From: Thermoplasmatota archaeon
Lineage (GTDB): Archaea > Thermoplasmatota > Penumbrarchaeia > Penumbrarchaeales > Penumbrarchaeaceae
Assembly: GCA_046483845.1 (NCBI GenBank)
Contig: JAWOCK010000098.1
Location: 655 to 64,654, forward strand
Length of the DNA stretch: 64,000 nucleotides
Direction of reading: 5' to 3'
Positions 46,333-56,774 of this stretch are shown here, one piece after another. A program made the position numbers and the translations under genes. The notes below the pieces were generated by a model. That model saw nothing but the letters and a program-made list of their open reading frames with translations. It did not search any database and was not told the origin of the DNA. The first letter of the stretch is position 1; the number at the start of each line of letters is the position of its first letter.

Positions 46333-47630
46333 GCCATCACCTCCATCAGGGATATTATCTCCCTTTCAAGCTGTCCGGTGTCCCATCCATTTTCGATCTC
46401 CGATAGGTTCAGGATAAGACCGTAATCATCCAGTATAGGGTCTGCGACCACTGTCACCGGCCTTCCGAGAAGCTTTTCGGTAAGGTCCTGAAGGACCCAA
46501 TCGGTGTCCATCCTATCCTTGACAGCGTCCTTTATCTTTTCCATATTGGTTGAAAGTATCTCTTCCACAATGGACCTGTCACCCTTCAGGAGAGCTGTTC
46601 CGGAACCATCGTCCAGGATGCACTTGAGCCCCAGGTCCATCTCGCCTTCGTTCCTTCCGTGCACTGTGCATTGTCCCTTTGTCAGCCTGCGTCCGCAGAC
46701 ATCGCACTTCTTGTAAATGCCGGACCCCGGTCTGACAGATAGTATGACCCCCCTGAGTACCACCGGACCCGAGAAGCGTCCCTGAAGAAGTCCCACCACC
46801 CTGGAATCCTCAGGCATCATCAGCTCATCGGCCGGGGGAAGACGGTCCTCGGGAAGGGGTTTGAAAAGGGATCCAGGAGATAGATTGAGATCCATCATAC
46901 CCCTGAACTCCTTGATATAACCCCCGATTATCCTGTAGCATCCGTTCTCGTTAAGGTCAACAGGCCCCCAGCAGGTAAAGTTCAATCTCCCGGTCCGGTC
47001 AGCAAGTGTACCTTTGGTGATATCGACCAATCTCCCCTTGGACCTGACCTTGAGCTCCCTCACCTCCACCACACGGACCTCGATGTCGACCTGCTTGTCC
47101 CCTGCCGAAAGCTCTGATATGGCGGATGGAACGCCGTCCTCCACCTTTGGGAGCAGACCCTCCGTATCCTCGATCACGGAAACAAAGGAATAATCGTTGA
47201 TCACCAGCTCCAACTCATCGTTCCATGTACGTGTGGATACGTTCTGAAGGAATATCGCGGTATCCGGTTTGAATGGAAAGTCCACCCAGCAGATATATCT
47301 TATCTCCCCGCTTGAATCACCCAGAAGACCCCTGAAGAACGGGTCGCCGTCCTCTTTTTCAAGCCTTCTCAGAGAAATTATCCTGGCCTTCAGAGAGATG
47401 TTCTTCATGTCAGGCACGAGCTCCTCTATGGACCCCACCAACTTGGACCTGTGCGGGACACGGATCCCCTTCTCCTCGTATGCCATCCTGGTTGCCTCTT
47501 CAACCGGAATTCCGAGTTCATCAGCCATCTTGTGGACCTCTTCCTTCAGATGGAAGAGCTCCTCACTACCAAGTTCCCCAAGCGCCCGGTCTGGTTCTTC
47601 ATTGGGCGCATTCTGTTCGTCATGAGACAT
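46329..47630 (-). CDS. Replication protein A large subunit-like (RPA1/RPA41-type) with OB folds and zinc finger
   Basis: Several OB-fold-like blocks and a C4-type zinc-finger-like motif CDVCGRRLTKGQC…H, as in euryarchaeal RPA41. Confidence 0.75.
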   Translation of the reverse strand: MSHDEQNAPNEEPDRALGELGSEELFHLKEEVHKMADELGIPVEEATRMAYEEKGIRVPHRSKLVGSIEELVPDMKNISLKARIISLRRLEKEDGDPFFRGLLGDSSGEIRYICWVDFPFKPDTAIFLQNVSTRTWNDELELVINDYSFVSVIEDTEGLLPKVEDGVPSAISELSAGDKQVDIEVRVVEVRELKVRSKGRLVDITKGTLADRTGRLNFTCWGPVDLNENGCYRIIGGYIKEFRGMMDLNLSPGSLFKPLPEDRLPPADELMMPEDSRVVGLLQGRFSGPVVLRGVILSVRPGSGIYKKCDVCGRRLTKGQCTVHGRNEGEMDLGLKCILDDGSGTALLKGDRSIVEEILSTNMEKIKDAVKDRMDTDWVLQDLTEKLLGRPVTVVADPILDDYGLILNLSEIENGWDTGQLEREIISLMEVMA

Positions 47631-47824
47631 AGCAATACCTCGGAGTCCTCAAAGGTCTCGGATTATTAATATTCACCAAGGAGGAGTGTTGTGAAAGTGA
47701 ACGAACCGTAAATTGCATAAACACGTAAGCAATTTCATTTAACTGGAGTAGATACTTCTTTAAGGTCGGATCTGGTCCAAATTAGGGGTATGTTCGGGAG
47801 CGTCCTTAAAAAGGGGAAAGCATC

Positions 47825-49276
47825 ATGGCCAGAAAACCAAAGAAAAAAAACGCCCTTGGAAAGGGCCTGAATGCCTTGATCAATGGTCAGAACAATGGTC
47901 GGGGCCCATCTCCGGATTCGGACCGGGTCAAGAACATGGACTTTTACCGCTCACTGCTCAGACAGTATGTACAGACCGGTGAGAGGGATATGTTGATAGA
48001 ACAGCTCCTGAATGACATCAGGGCTCATCTGGGAATTTCAGATGAGGAGCACCTTCATCTGTTGAAGACCCTTAGAAAGAGAGAGGAGCACAGGTCCAGC
48101 ACGGATGAGGAGAAGAAAATGGTGAAAACGGAGATCAAAGAGGAGCTAACGCAGCTCTTCTCGGAAATAAAGGGAGAGAAGAAGGTGGAAAAAAGTGAAA
48201 AGAAAAGGACAAACAAGGAAACCATACCTCTCCCTGATAGAACCCCGGATCTGCTGGACGATACCAATGGAGAGAAGAGAACCATCGAGGTCCCACCGGC
48301 GGATGACCACAATACCGATGTCCATCGTAATAGAAAAGACCTCAAAAAAAACAGATCATTGAAAAAACCCGGATTGATATCCCACAAGAACAGGAAACTG
48401 AAACTGGAATGGGACGAGGAAGAGCCGGAACCCATGGAAGTGGAACCTCCCGCCAAGAGAACGGGGGATTATGACGATCCCATACAGCTGAAATCCGCAA
48501 GGAAGGGACTCCGGGAGGAAAAAAAGCCTATCGAGGCAGAACCTTCTTCTATGGGTAAGGAAGAAGATGTCCCAATGGGTGTTATGCTGGACTACAAGGA
48601 GGATGAAAATATTCATACACCTTCAACACCGGCTCCAGAAGAAGAGATCGGACAGGACAAGGAGTTCCCGAAAGGCCCCAAGCGGAAAGAACCAAAAGAG
48701 GAAGCACCCATAAAGTTGAAGGATTCCATCGTCTCGGTGAGGATATTGGTGGAAGATGGTCAGCTCGAGGATGCCTTCGAGATGGTGAAGAGACTCCTTG
48801 ACAAGGACCCCGATGATCCGGATGTACTGAACGAATGTGGAGTGATACTCTACAACCTTGGCGACCTGGATGGTTCATTGGAATGCTACAGAAAGGCCAT
48901 GACCATTCGAACGCCCACACCTGAGATGCAGATCAACTATTCTTTGTTGCTCTCCGAAAAAGGTGAACTGGATGAAGCCCTGGACTTGATATCGGAGGTT
49001 TTGGAGAGCGACCCCTATTCCGAGGATGCCTGGAACAACAAGGCCGTGATCCTCTTCAAAGCAGGAAGATCCAGAGAAGCCTTGGAAGCTCTTGACAATT
49101 CTCTCAGGATAAATGACAGTTCAGTGGAGACATGGTTGAACACCGCCATCATACTTGAAAGGATGGAAGAGCTAGGTCCGGCCATGGAATGTTACAAGAA
49201 CATTCTGGAACTGGACCCCGAGAACGTTACCGCCATGAAGGGCGTCGAATACTGCAGGGCAGAGCTGGGACAGTAG
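47825..49276 (+). CDS. TPR-repeat protein with long K/E-rich N-terminal region
   Basis: The N-terminal 300 aa are lysine/glutamate-rich low complexity. The C-terminal 200 aa form about 5 TPR units (…ECYRKAMTIRTPTPEMQINYSLLLSEKGELDEALDL…AWNNKAVILFKAGRSREALEAL…). Confidence 0.65.
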   Translation: MARKPKKKNALGKGLNALINGQNNGRGPSPDSDRVKNMDFYRSLLRQYVQTGERDMLIEQLLNDIRAHLGISDEEHLHLLKTLRKREEHRSSTDEEKKMVKTEIKEELTQLFSEIKGEKKVEKSEKKRTNKETIPLPDRTPDLLDDTNGEKRTIEVPPADDHNTDVHRNRKDLKKNRSLKKPGLISHKNRKLKLEWDEEEPEPMEVEPPAKRTGDYDDPIQLKSARKGLREEKKPIEAEPSSMGKEEDVPMGVMLDYKEDENIHTPSTPAPEEEIGQDKEFPKGPKRKEPKEEAPIKLKDSIVSVRILVEDGQLEDAFEMVKRLLDKDPDDPDVLNECGVILYNLGDLDGSLECYRKAMTIRTPTPEMQINYSLLLSEKGELDEALDLISEVLESDPYSEDAWNNKAVILFKAGRSREALEALDNSLRINDSSVETWLNTAIILERMEELGPAMECYKNILELDPENVTAMKGVEYCRAELGQ

Positions 49277-49280
49277 AACC

Positions 49281-50624
49281 TCAGACTATGCGCCACTTCT
49301 GATAGGCGGGTGCGTCGGGACCGAAGCAATAATGGATGGTCTGGAAATCCTTCTTGAACTCCTTGACATCCTCCTTAACCTTAATTGGGTCCTCCTTATC
49401 GATCAACACCCTCTTGAAGAGGTCGGCTACTTCCGACATATTGGATTCCTTCATGCCGATCCTGGTCAGTTCCTGGGAGCCAAGCCGGAGGCCGGAGGGT
49501 CTCATTGCCGATCCCGGATCGTCCGGTATCAGGTTCTTGTTGGTTATCATGTTGGACGTCTCCAGGTCCAGAGCGCACGGTGCTCCTCCTCCCTGATCCG
49601 AGACATCAAGCACTATTGCATGTGAGCTGGTGAAACCGTGCTTCTCTCCTAGGACTCTGAACCCCCTTTCATGCAGCGCCTGTGCAAGGGCCTTGGCGTT
49701 CCTTATGATCTGGTCAGCATATTCCCGACCGAATTCCAGGTGCTCTGCGAAGGCTATCCCCTTGGCAGCCATGTTCATCAGGTGATGGGAGGAATGGGTA
49801 CCGGGGAATATCCTTCTCCTCACCGCCTTCCACTGGTCTTCATCCCTTGGATCACCAACCACGACACCCCCCTGTGGGCCCGGAAGTGTCTTGTGTGTCG
49901 AGCCGGTCATGATGTGTGCCCCCTCTCTGAGCGGGTCCTGGAACCTCCCACCGGCTATCAGTCCCAGGACATGAGCACCATCATACCATACATGGCATCC
50001 TATCTCCTGGAGTGTGTCCTGAAGTTCCTTCAGAGGGGCCGGAAAGAGAAATACTGACCTTCCGAAAAGGCACAATTTGGGACGGTGCTCCAGAAGCAGC
50101 TTCTTGGTCTCATCCACATTGATGTTCATCATCTCTTTGTCCCATACATATGTCATCTCGTTGCCGCCTCTCAGACCGCCAGCACCGAACTTGGCGGAAG
50201 AGATATGTGCGCCGTCGTTCAGATGTGGGGCAAAATAGAGATCGCCCGGTTTAATGAAGGCAAAGAACGCTGAAATGTTCGCTGTGGTTCCGGAAATGGG
50301 TCTGACATCCGCCTGGGGGGCCTTGAACAGCTTCTTTGCTATTTCCGTGACCCTCAGCTCGACCTTATCGACATATATATTGCCATTGTAGTATCTCTTA
50401 CCCGGCAGCCCTTCTGCATACCTATCCGTGAAATCGCTCACCTGAAGCTGCCTGGCCAGTGGGGAGACCAGGTTCTCCGAGGCAATCATACAGAGGGAGT
50501 CGTGGAACCAGTCCGTATGGGTATCGACCTGTTCGTAGATATATCTCACATCTTCGTTATCTGGAAGTTTCAGGGTCATGTAAACACCTTTAATGGGTGA
50601 ATGGTGGAACCCCCAAATTAACAT
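49281..50624 (-). CDS. glyA: Serine hydroxymethyltransferase
   Basis: …LIASENLVSPLARQ…, PLP-lysine motif TGSTHKTLPGPQGG. Full-length SHMT. A start at MTLKL (about 50579) is possible. Confidence 0.9.
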   Translation of the reverse strand: MLIWGFHHSPIKGVYMTLKLPDNEDVRYIYEQVDTHTDWFHDSLCMIASENLVSPLARQLQVSDFTDRYAEGLPGKRYYNGNIYVDKVELRVTEIAKKLFKAPQADVRPISGTTANISAFFAFIKPGDLYFAPHLNDGAHISSAKFGAGGLRGGNEMTYVWDKEMMNINVDETKKLLLEHRPKLCLFGRSVFLFPAPLKELQDTLQEIGCHVWYDGAHVLGLIAGGRFQDPLREGAHIMTGSTHKTLPGPQGGVVVGDPRDEDQWKAVRRRIFPGTHSSHHLMNMAAKGIAFAEHLEFGREYADQIIRNAKALAQALHERGFRVLGEKHGFTSSHAIVLDVSDQGGGAPCALDLETSNMITNKNLIPDDPGSAMRPSGLRLGSQELTRIGMKESNMSEVADLFKRVLIDKEDPIKVKEDVKEFKKDFQTIHYCFGPDAPAYQKWRIV

Positions 50625-52383
50625 TTCCCGTGGTATAGGGACTGCACCATCGGATCGTTATGGCAATCCTGAGAGCCCCACAGAGGAAAAATCATTAACC
50701 CCATTCGATCATTCACGGGACGAGGCTGCGAACTTGAAGGGTGCTCCTGAGAAGAACGGATCGATCCATGCTCCTCAATTGAATGAGGAACAGGGAACCG
50801 AGGCTCTGATAGATGGTCTGATAAAGTCCATACTGCGGGGAGAGATATCGGACAGGGAAACACTCCAGCGGGAAAAGATCAAAGCTGCAAAGAGAGACAG
50901 TATCCGCTTACCGACGAATTCCATGATACTCGACACGGTCCGGAGGAAATATCCAAAAAAGGAAGAGGAAATGCTCCACCTCCTCATAAAAAAACCATCA
51001 AGGACATTGTCGGGAGTGGCCGTGGTGGCGGTGATGACATCCCCCGACCCATGCCCCCATGGAAAATGTATATTCTGTCCAGGGGGATGGGACAAGGAGG
51101 TTCCGACACCGCAATCGTATACGGGAAGGGAACCGGCGGCCATGAGAGCTGCCGATAATCTGTACCAACCCTTCGAACAGGTGAGAAGGAGGATAGAGCA
51201 GCTGGAGGCGGTCGGGCACTCAACTGACAAGATAGACCTGATACTCATGGGTGGTACGATAACGGCCCGCCCACTCATCTATCAGATCGATTTCGTCAAG
51301 AGATGTCTTGATGGCATGAACGACAGGATCAGCGGGACCCTGGAGGAGGCACAAAGGCTGAACGAGAGGTCGGAACACAGATGCATCGGGATAACCTTCG
51401 AGACCCGTCCGGACTGGTTCGGAAGAAAGGAGAGCGATCTGATGCTTTCCATAGGGGGTACCAGGCTCGAGCTAGGGGCCCAAACCCTCTTTGACCTCCC
51501 ACTCATCAGGTCCAAGCGGGGACACCAGGTCCGTGACACCATCGAGGCGACCACCATAGCCAAGGATTCCGGCCTGAAGCTGGGTTATCATCTCATGCCC
51601 GGGATACCGGGATCTTGCAGAGAGATGGACTTCGAGACCGCTTATATGACCTTCAATGACAGCAGGTTCAAGCCGGACATGCTGAAGATATATCCCACAT
51701 TGGTGATCAAAGGAACAAAACTCTACGACATGTGGCGCAGGGGCGAGTACGAACCCATATCCACCGAGGATGCTGCGGAGCTGGTAGCGGAGGTCAAGAG
51801 GATAACCCCTCCCTGGATAAGGATCCAGAGGGTCCAGAGGGATATCCCCAGCCCCCTCGTCGAGGGGGGAGTGGATAAAAGCAATCTGAGACAGCTTGCA
51901 GGAGATGTTATGCGGGACAGGGGTTGGAAGTGCAGATGCATCAGGTGCCGTGAGATAGGTCACAAGCTCCGCGATGGGGGAGGGGTTCCGCTTCCGGAGG
52001 ACGTGACCCTGACCAGAAGGGAATACGATGCCTCCGGTGGAAAAGAGGTATTCCTCTCTTTCGAGGCAGAGGCCATGGATGCCTTGGTGGGTTATCTGAG
52101 GCTGAGAAGACCATCACCGGATGCTCACAGGGATGAGATCAAAGCAGCGGCGGTGATCAGGGAGGTCAAGGTCTTCGGTCAGATGGTCCCCATCGGAAGA
52201 AGGGCGGGGGATGACTGGCAGCACAGAGGCTATGGAAAGGACCTTATCGGATATGCCAGCTCCATAGCAGGAGAAGAATGGGGAATGGAACACCTCCTGG
52301 TCACTTCCGGCATAGGCGTGAGGGATTACTACAGGAAACTGGGTTTCGAAAGGGTCGGCCCTTACATGGGAAAGGACCTTTGA
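50593..52383 (+). CDS. elp3: Elp3-family tRNA (cm5U34) modification enzyme: radical SAM plus GNAT acetyltransferase
   Basis: Radical-SAM cysteine cluster CPHGKCIFCPGG. Elp3 blocks throughout and a C-terminal GNAT region (…GYGKDLIGYASSIAGEEWGMEHLLVTSGIGVRDYYRKLGFERVGPYMGK). The exact start is uncertain because the listed ATG overlaps the glyA 5' end. Confidence 0.85.
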   Translation: MGEWWNPQINISRGIGTAPSDRYGNPESPTEEKSLTPFDHSRDEAANLKGAPEKNGSIHAPQLNEEQGTEALIDGLIKSILRGEISDRETLQREKIKAAKRDSIRLPTNSMILDTVRRKYPKKEEEMLHLLIKKPSRTLSGVAVVAVMTSPDPCPHGKCIFCPGGWDKEVPTPQSYTGREPAAMRAADNLYQPFEQVRRRIEQLEAVGHSTDKIDLILMGGTITARPLIYQIDFVKRCLDGMNDRISGTLEEAQRLNERSEHRCIGITFETRPDWFGRKESDLMLSIGGTRLELGAQTLFDLPLIRSKRGHQVRDTIEATTIAKDSGLKLGYHLMPGIPGSCREMDFETAYMTFNDSRFKPDMLKIYPTLVIKGTKLYDMWRRGEYEPISTEDAAELVAEVKRITPPWIRIQRVQRDIPSPLVEGGVDKSNLRQLAGDVMRDRGWKCRCIRCREIGHKLRDGGGVPLPEDVTLTRREYDASGGKEVFLSFEAEAMDALVGYLRLRRPSPDAHRDEIKAAAVIREVKVFGQMVPIGRRAGDDWQHRGYGKDLIGYASSIAGEEWGMEHLLVTSGIGVRDYYRKLGFERVGPYMGKDL

Positions 52384-52394
52384 AAGGCTCAAGC

Positions 52395-53258
52395 TCATTC
52401 CGGATTGGCTATCTTCAGACCCAGGTGGTCGCTCGTTGCTTCCACTTCCCGGAGGAGATCCTTGTTCCTCTTCGACCTGTGAAGGAAAATATATTCCGAT
52501 CCCGGCGTTGAATCCTTTGCCATCCGGATACATTCCGGGATATTCTCTGCTGATGAGAGGATATAGTCCGGGACCATGTGACCGAAATCGAACTTTTGAC
52601 GCATTGCCCTGTCCGTGAACCTCGGTGCATAATGTCCTCCTCCCACGCCTATGGAGACCGGCAGTGGTTCAGAAACTTCATCCCTTGTCAGCAGGGATAT
52701 TGCGATGGCCTTCCCCAGTTCCGGCAGATGCCATCTCTCCTCACTGGATCCGATCTCGATGAAGAAGGACGGAGAGGAGATCCTGGGACCGTGATGAGTT
52801 ACCTCGAAGGTGGTCCTGTCCTTCAGGTCAAGCTCCTTCTTGCTCCGATAGAGTGACCTGAGGGCGGATGTCATCTCACGGGGTGCCGACGGTGGCAGAT
52901 GTCCGGGTTCTCCGCCGTAATCTGCGGAAAGATAGTTCCCAGGAGGATGCACCGTAAGTGAGCGGATATCCTTCTTAGACCTGTGTTTGCTGAGGAATAT
53001 CAAAAGGTCAAGCGGCCGTTTTGGATCCGACGAGGGGTCCATTCCCAATTCTGAACTGATATGATCGGATATCTCCCTGTCCACATCCTCGAAGTAAAGA
53101 TGGAGACCTGGTTTTTCATAAAGAAGCAGGTCCCCGCTCATCCTGACGGGGTTCCCCTGAAAGGTCCCTACCTCATCCCATGAGGTAAGCTCAAGCAATC
53201 TGTCCCTTATATTCCTGGATGCCGTATCTTCCAGACTGGTCAGAAGTACCCTCATCAT
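52395..53258 (-). CDS. dtdA: D-aminoacyl-tRNA deacylase, archaeal DtdA type (tentative)
   Basis: The 287-aa size and N-terminus (MMRVLLTSLEDTASRNIRDRLLE…) plus blocks …THHGP… and …FFIEIGSSEERW… resemble the DtdA/DUF516 family. Based on recall only, no alignment. Confidence 0.5.
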   Translation of the reverse strand: MMRVLLTSLEDTASRNIRDRLLELTSWDEVGTFQGNPVRMSGDLLLYEKPGLHLYFEDVDREISDHISSELGMDPSSDPKRPLDLLIFLSKHRSKKDIRSLTVHPPGNYLSADYGGEPGHLPPSAPREMTSALRSLYRSKKELDLKDRTTFEVTHHGPRISSPSFFIEIGSSEERWHLPELGKAIAISLLTRDEVSEPLPVSIGVGGGHYAPRFTDRAMRQKFDFGHMVPDYILSSAENIPECIRMAKDSTPGSEYIFLHRSKRNKDLLREVEATSDHLGLKIANPE

Positions 53259-53270
53259 CTCATCTCACTG

Positions 53271-54497
53271 TCATTGCACCCTGGAGTCCTTTCCGATGGT
53301 CCCTGATGCCTTGGAACCGGGTCCTATCCTTGTCCCCGAATAGATCATGGTCCCCGGATCGAGGGTGGCATTTATGCCCGTCTTGACATCGTCTCCGATG
53401 ATCACACCCAACTTTCTTCTTCCCGAGTCCACCTTCTCACCTTTAATGGTCACCGGGACGTTGGCATCATCCAGTCTCAGATTTGCCACCTTGGTCCCCG
53501 ATCCCAGATTGCAGTCGGAACCGATTATCGAATCCCCAACGTAGTTGTGATGGGGTATGTTCGATCGGTCCATTATTATGGAATTCTTTACCTCGGATGC
53601 GGCGCCTACCCTGGCATCCTTTCCGATGTAAGTGGACCCCCTTATGTAGCTGTTCGGACCGATCACAGCACCTTCATCGATGTAGACCTTTCCCTCCATG
53701 TAGGTGCCGGACTTCACCAGTGCGCCCTTGGCTATGAACACATCATCCTTTATCGTCACACCCGCCTCCACCTTTCCTTCAAGGCCGCTTTCCAACTTCT
53801 CCATGTATACTTCGTGTGCATTGAGCAGGTCCCAGGGAGAGCCGATATCGACCCATTCCTCCCGGGGAATGTACGCTCTGACATTATGGGCCTCCATCAG
53901 GATTTCTATGGACTGTGTTATCTCATATTCGCCCCGGGGGGAGATGGGAGTCTCCGCGACGGCCTTGAATATATCCTCGGTGAACAGGTAGATCCCTCCG
54001 TTTATCAGACCGGGCATATCCTCTCCTGATTTTTCCTTTATACCAATGACCCGATCGCCCTCCACATGAACCAGACCAAATCTGGAGGTGTCCTTCACCT
54101 CCACAAGGGTCATTATAGTGTCCTTTTTGGCCTCGAAGAGCCGGAGCATCTCCTCTATTAGCTGACCGGATACTATCACATCACCGTTCAAACAGAGGAA
54201 AGGGCCGTCCATGGCCTCCGAGGCCATCGAAATTGCATGGGCTGTACCAAGTCTTCTTGGTTGAACGATGTAGTCCATCCGAACACCGAAGGAGCTGCCG
54301 TTCCCGAAATAATCCTTTATAGATATCCCGTGATAACCTGTCAGGACCTGGACCTCCGTGACCCCGGCATCCCGAAGGGCATTTATGGTATGCTCCAGAA
54401 AAGGTTTTCCAGCAACGGGAAGCATGGGTTTGGGTCGATTTTCGGTCAATGGACCCATGCGAGTCCCTTGGCCCGCTGCCAGCACCAGTGCCTTCAT
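53271..54497 (-). CDS. Bifunctional sugar-1-phosphate nucleotidylyltransferase/acyltransferase (GlmU-like; N-terminal NTP-transferase plus C-terminal left-handed beta-helix)
   Basis: Start moved to MKALVLAAGQGTRMGPLTENRPKPMLPV (nucleotidyltransferase signature). The C-terminal third has hexapeptide repeats (…VGDSIIGSDCNLGSGTKVANLR…). Confidence 0.75.
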   Translation of the reverse strand: MKALVLAAGQGTRMGPLTENRPKPMLPVAGKPFLEHTINALRDAGVTEVQVLTGYHGISIKDYFGNGSSFGVRMDYIVQPRRLGTAHAISMASEAMDGPFLCLNGDVIVSGQLIEEMLRLFEAKKDTIMTLVEVKDTSRFGLVHVEGDRVIGIKEKSGEDMPGLINGGIYLFTEDIFKAVAETPISPRGEYEITQSIEILMEAHNVRAYIPREEWVDIGSPWDLLNAHEVYMEKLESGLEGKVEAGVTIKDDVFIAKGALVKSGTYMEGKVYIDEGAVIGPNSYIRGSTYIGKDARVGAASEVKNSIIMDRSNIPHHNYVGDSIIGSDCNLGSGTKVANLRLDDANVPVTIKGEKVDSGRRKLGVIIGDDVKTGINATLDPGTMIYSGTRIGPGSKASGTIGKDSRVQ

Positions 54498-54857
54498 CAT
54501 GACACGCTCGTTCATCCGGAACATGCTCTTTGTACTTCTTTTTTTTCTGAGAATGATCTGACCAACACCGTTCATACGGGATCATATCTGATGGTCATCT
54601 CCACGAAACCAATAACAATATTACAGAAAGAACATTGAGCAGGGTAGAAAAGTAGCCAGCAATATTATTTGACAGGTGTAGAAGAACCTGAAGAACGATG
54701 GCTGGGAAAATGAAAGTTCACCTGCGCGGTAAAAGAAGATAGAAACCATGCCTCAGAACGTGTCCTGATGGTATAAATTCCCAAGAATAGGTTTTTTTTC
54801 CGTTAAAATGACAGTCCAGAAGGAATATATTTAAATAGCCAGCAGTCGTTATGGGGT

Positions 54858-55151
54858 GTGGGTAGGGGATTAAGCTACCTTTATAGGAGGATGCTCAATA
54901 TGGCAATGACCAGGATAGATATTGGAACTGCAAAGAACATCGCGAATGAAAAGAACCTGAAACCAGGCAGGGTCGTGGGTACAGATGGTGTCCAGTTCAC
55001 CAAGGGCAACAACAAGAGGCTCGAGGTCATAGGCTGGAACGATTTCGAGAACGCCCTCAACACGAAGGACCTTGCCATCTATGAGTCCAAGGGCTGGATG
55101 AAGATAATGAAAAAAGAGAAACGTATCCCTGAAACGTTAATTGAACCCTAA
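54858..55151 (+). CDS. Small hypothetical protein
   Basis: 97-aa ORF in an otherwise gene-free stretch. No recognisable motif, so its coding status is uncertain. Confidence 0.3.
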   Translation: MGRGLSYLYRRMLNMAMTRIDIGTAKNIANEKNLKPGRVVGTDGVQFTKGNNKRLEVIGWNDFENALNTKDLAIYESKGWMKIMKKEKRIPETLIEP

Positions 55152-55721
55152 TAAAGTTTGGAAACAACTTTACACGTTACATGGTCATGTGACGTATATT
55201 GTCCTTGGATCGAACATCGACATACTATCGAAATTCAACCAATGATAATGCTTGCAGAACCCTAAGGGAAATTTAAGATTCTCTTGGGCACAGCAGAACC
55301 TACGGTTCCGCTTAGGTCTCGGGATCGGTTTACATGGCCTATGACTTTGCTCAGGATTGGTCCTGGAGGGGTTGAAAGAGGTATGGGGCTCTTTCTTTCT
55401 GTATACTTGTTCCATCATAATGTGACGTCAGTTGATACCAAATGAAGTTTGATATGAACAGGTGGATCGGAACCTGGGACCTCGGGAGATAGTGGAGTCA
55501 GAAGGTGTTTTCGTCTGCGAGTGCGGGGCCACTCATGTACAGGCCCGAGCAGGGCACAAGTCTTTTTTCCAGCTTTCAGGTCCCGAGTTGGGGCCACGAC
55601 CTGCGACATTTCAGGTCACTTTGCGGGTCGGGGCCTTCTCCTTGGGAGCTTTTTTTACCTTTGTCCGATCATCGATCCCAGATTGAACCTGGGCCTGACA
55701 AATGGGTTCCTCAGATAAAAG

Positions 55722-56573
55722 GTGAAACGGTCAATAGGTTTATTAGTGATGAAGGTGGATTTTATCCTCATGAAGTTCAATCTGGGAAAGCGAGAGATAG
55801 TGATCTTCCTGGCGATCATACTCGTGGTGTCCGTCGGGTCCTACTTACTCTTCATCAGGGACAGCGGAGGAGGCAGTGTTGACGATACGGATGACCGGGA
55901 TGACAAGAACAGAAAGCCCGTTGCGAACGCAGGTCTGGACCAGATGGTATACCCGGGGGAGCCGGCGATATTGAACGCCAGTAGCTCCAGCGATCCGGAT
56001 GGCGATGATCTCTATTTCAAATGGGATGTCGATGCAGGTGTTGACGAGAATAACGATGGCATCAAGGACAACGATTGGGAAATTAACGGCATGGTCGTCG
56101 AATGGACATATCCAGAACCCACGGAGGATATATCCTACATCGTGACCGTCAACGTATCGGACGGAGAGGCCTGGTCCACCGACACCAGCGTCGTTACTGT
56201 ATACGTTAGTAAGAATAAAACGATACCCGAGGTCACGCTGAGTTGCAACTACCAGCAGCAGCTCCCCTATTTGAGCTCCCACTTCATCGTTAGAGTGGAG
56301 GAGGTGACCTCAGAGGAGTCCATGATGAACTATAGTTATGAACTCGAGAACCCCGAGGGGAGTGTCATCAGGAACGGGACCCTGTCCTCGCTGATACCTA
56401 CCGGTCCCAACTCGACGGAGATCGCGTTCATCGATACCCCGTCCCTCGGTCTTCTTGACAGCATGGACAGTGTTTCCCTTAAGGAGAATGACGAGATAGT
56501 CGAGGGGTGCACGTTCAAACTCTATTATCTCATGGAACCCGAACCGGTCGGAGAAATAGAGCTCACCAAATAA
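55722..56573 (+). CDS. Small secreted/anchored protein with PKD-like domain
   Basis: N-terminal signal anchor (IVIFLAIILVVSVGSYLLFI), then NAGLDQMVYPGEPAILNASSSSDPDGDDLYFKWDVDAG, which is PKD-domain-like. The listed start is GTG; ATG starts at about 55749 or 55770 are likely. Confidence 0.55.
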   Translation: MKRSIGLLVMKVDFILMKFNLGKREIVIFLAIILVVSVGSYLLFIRDSGGGSVDDTDDRDDKNRKPVANAGLDQMVYPGEPAILNASSSSDPDGDDLYFKWDVDAGVDENNDGIKDNDWEINGMVVEWTYPEPTEDISYIVTVNVSDGEAWSTDTSVVTVYVSKNKTIPEVTLSCNYQQQLPYLSSHFIVRVEEVTSEESMMNYSYELENPEGSVIRNGTLSSLIPTGPNSTEIAFIDTPSLGLLDSMDSVSLKENDEIVEGCTFKLYYLMEPEPVGEIELTK

Positions 56574-56594
56574 CAGGAGAACAAGAGAACAAGG

Positions 56595-56650
56595 GCCTAT
56601 TATATGCTTGCAATTATTGGATAATTAGAACTAAAATGGTCCCGGCTCAT
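56595..56650. repeat. Direct repeat copy 1 (about 55 bp) containing the last 12 nt of tRNA-Tyr plus its downstream flank
   Basis: gcct(a)ttatatgCttgcaattattggataattagaactaaaatggtcccggctc is nearly identical (1-2 mismatches) to the segment at about 56775-56830 that ends inside the tRNA-Tyr 3' end. A third, shorter, diverged tRNA-3'-end-like fragment (tcgtcccggctcccggacc) lies between them at about 56683-56701. Confidence 0.6.
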
Positions 56651-56774
56651 AATATGTTCTCAATACTGATGGTAAAATGTTCTCGTCCCGGCTCCCGGAC
56701 CTTCGCACAAAACTGACCATCTCAAAATTGGTATCGGTTTTGTGCTGGCCAATAATTATTCTACAATTATAACG

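Noticed and set aside
45481-47630. Possibility that the two OB-fold genes are bacterial SSB or RadA paralogues
   Set aside because: Neither has bacterial-SSB acidic-tail features or RecA folds. The zinc finger (CDVCGRR…C) plus multiple OB folds, a 4-nt overlap and a C-terminal wH domain fit the euryarchaeal RPA41/RPA32 pair better. Kept as RPA with moderate confidence.
47833-47845. A8 homopolymer near the 5' end of the TPR gene
   Set aside because: It encodes KKKN in frame. There is no evidence of a frameshifted or phase-variable reading frame. Noted only as a potential slippage site.
55185-55418. 77-aa minus-strand ORF in the 570-bp noncoding gap
   Set aside because: Arg/Pro/Cys-rich improbable composition with no start context. 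The region is treated as noncoding or ncRNA candidate instead.
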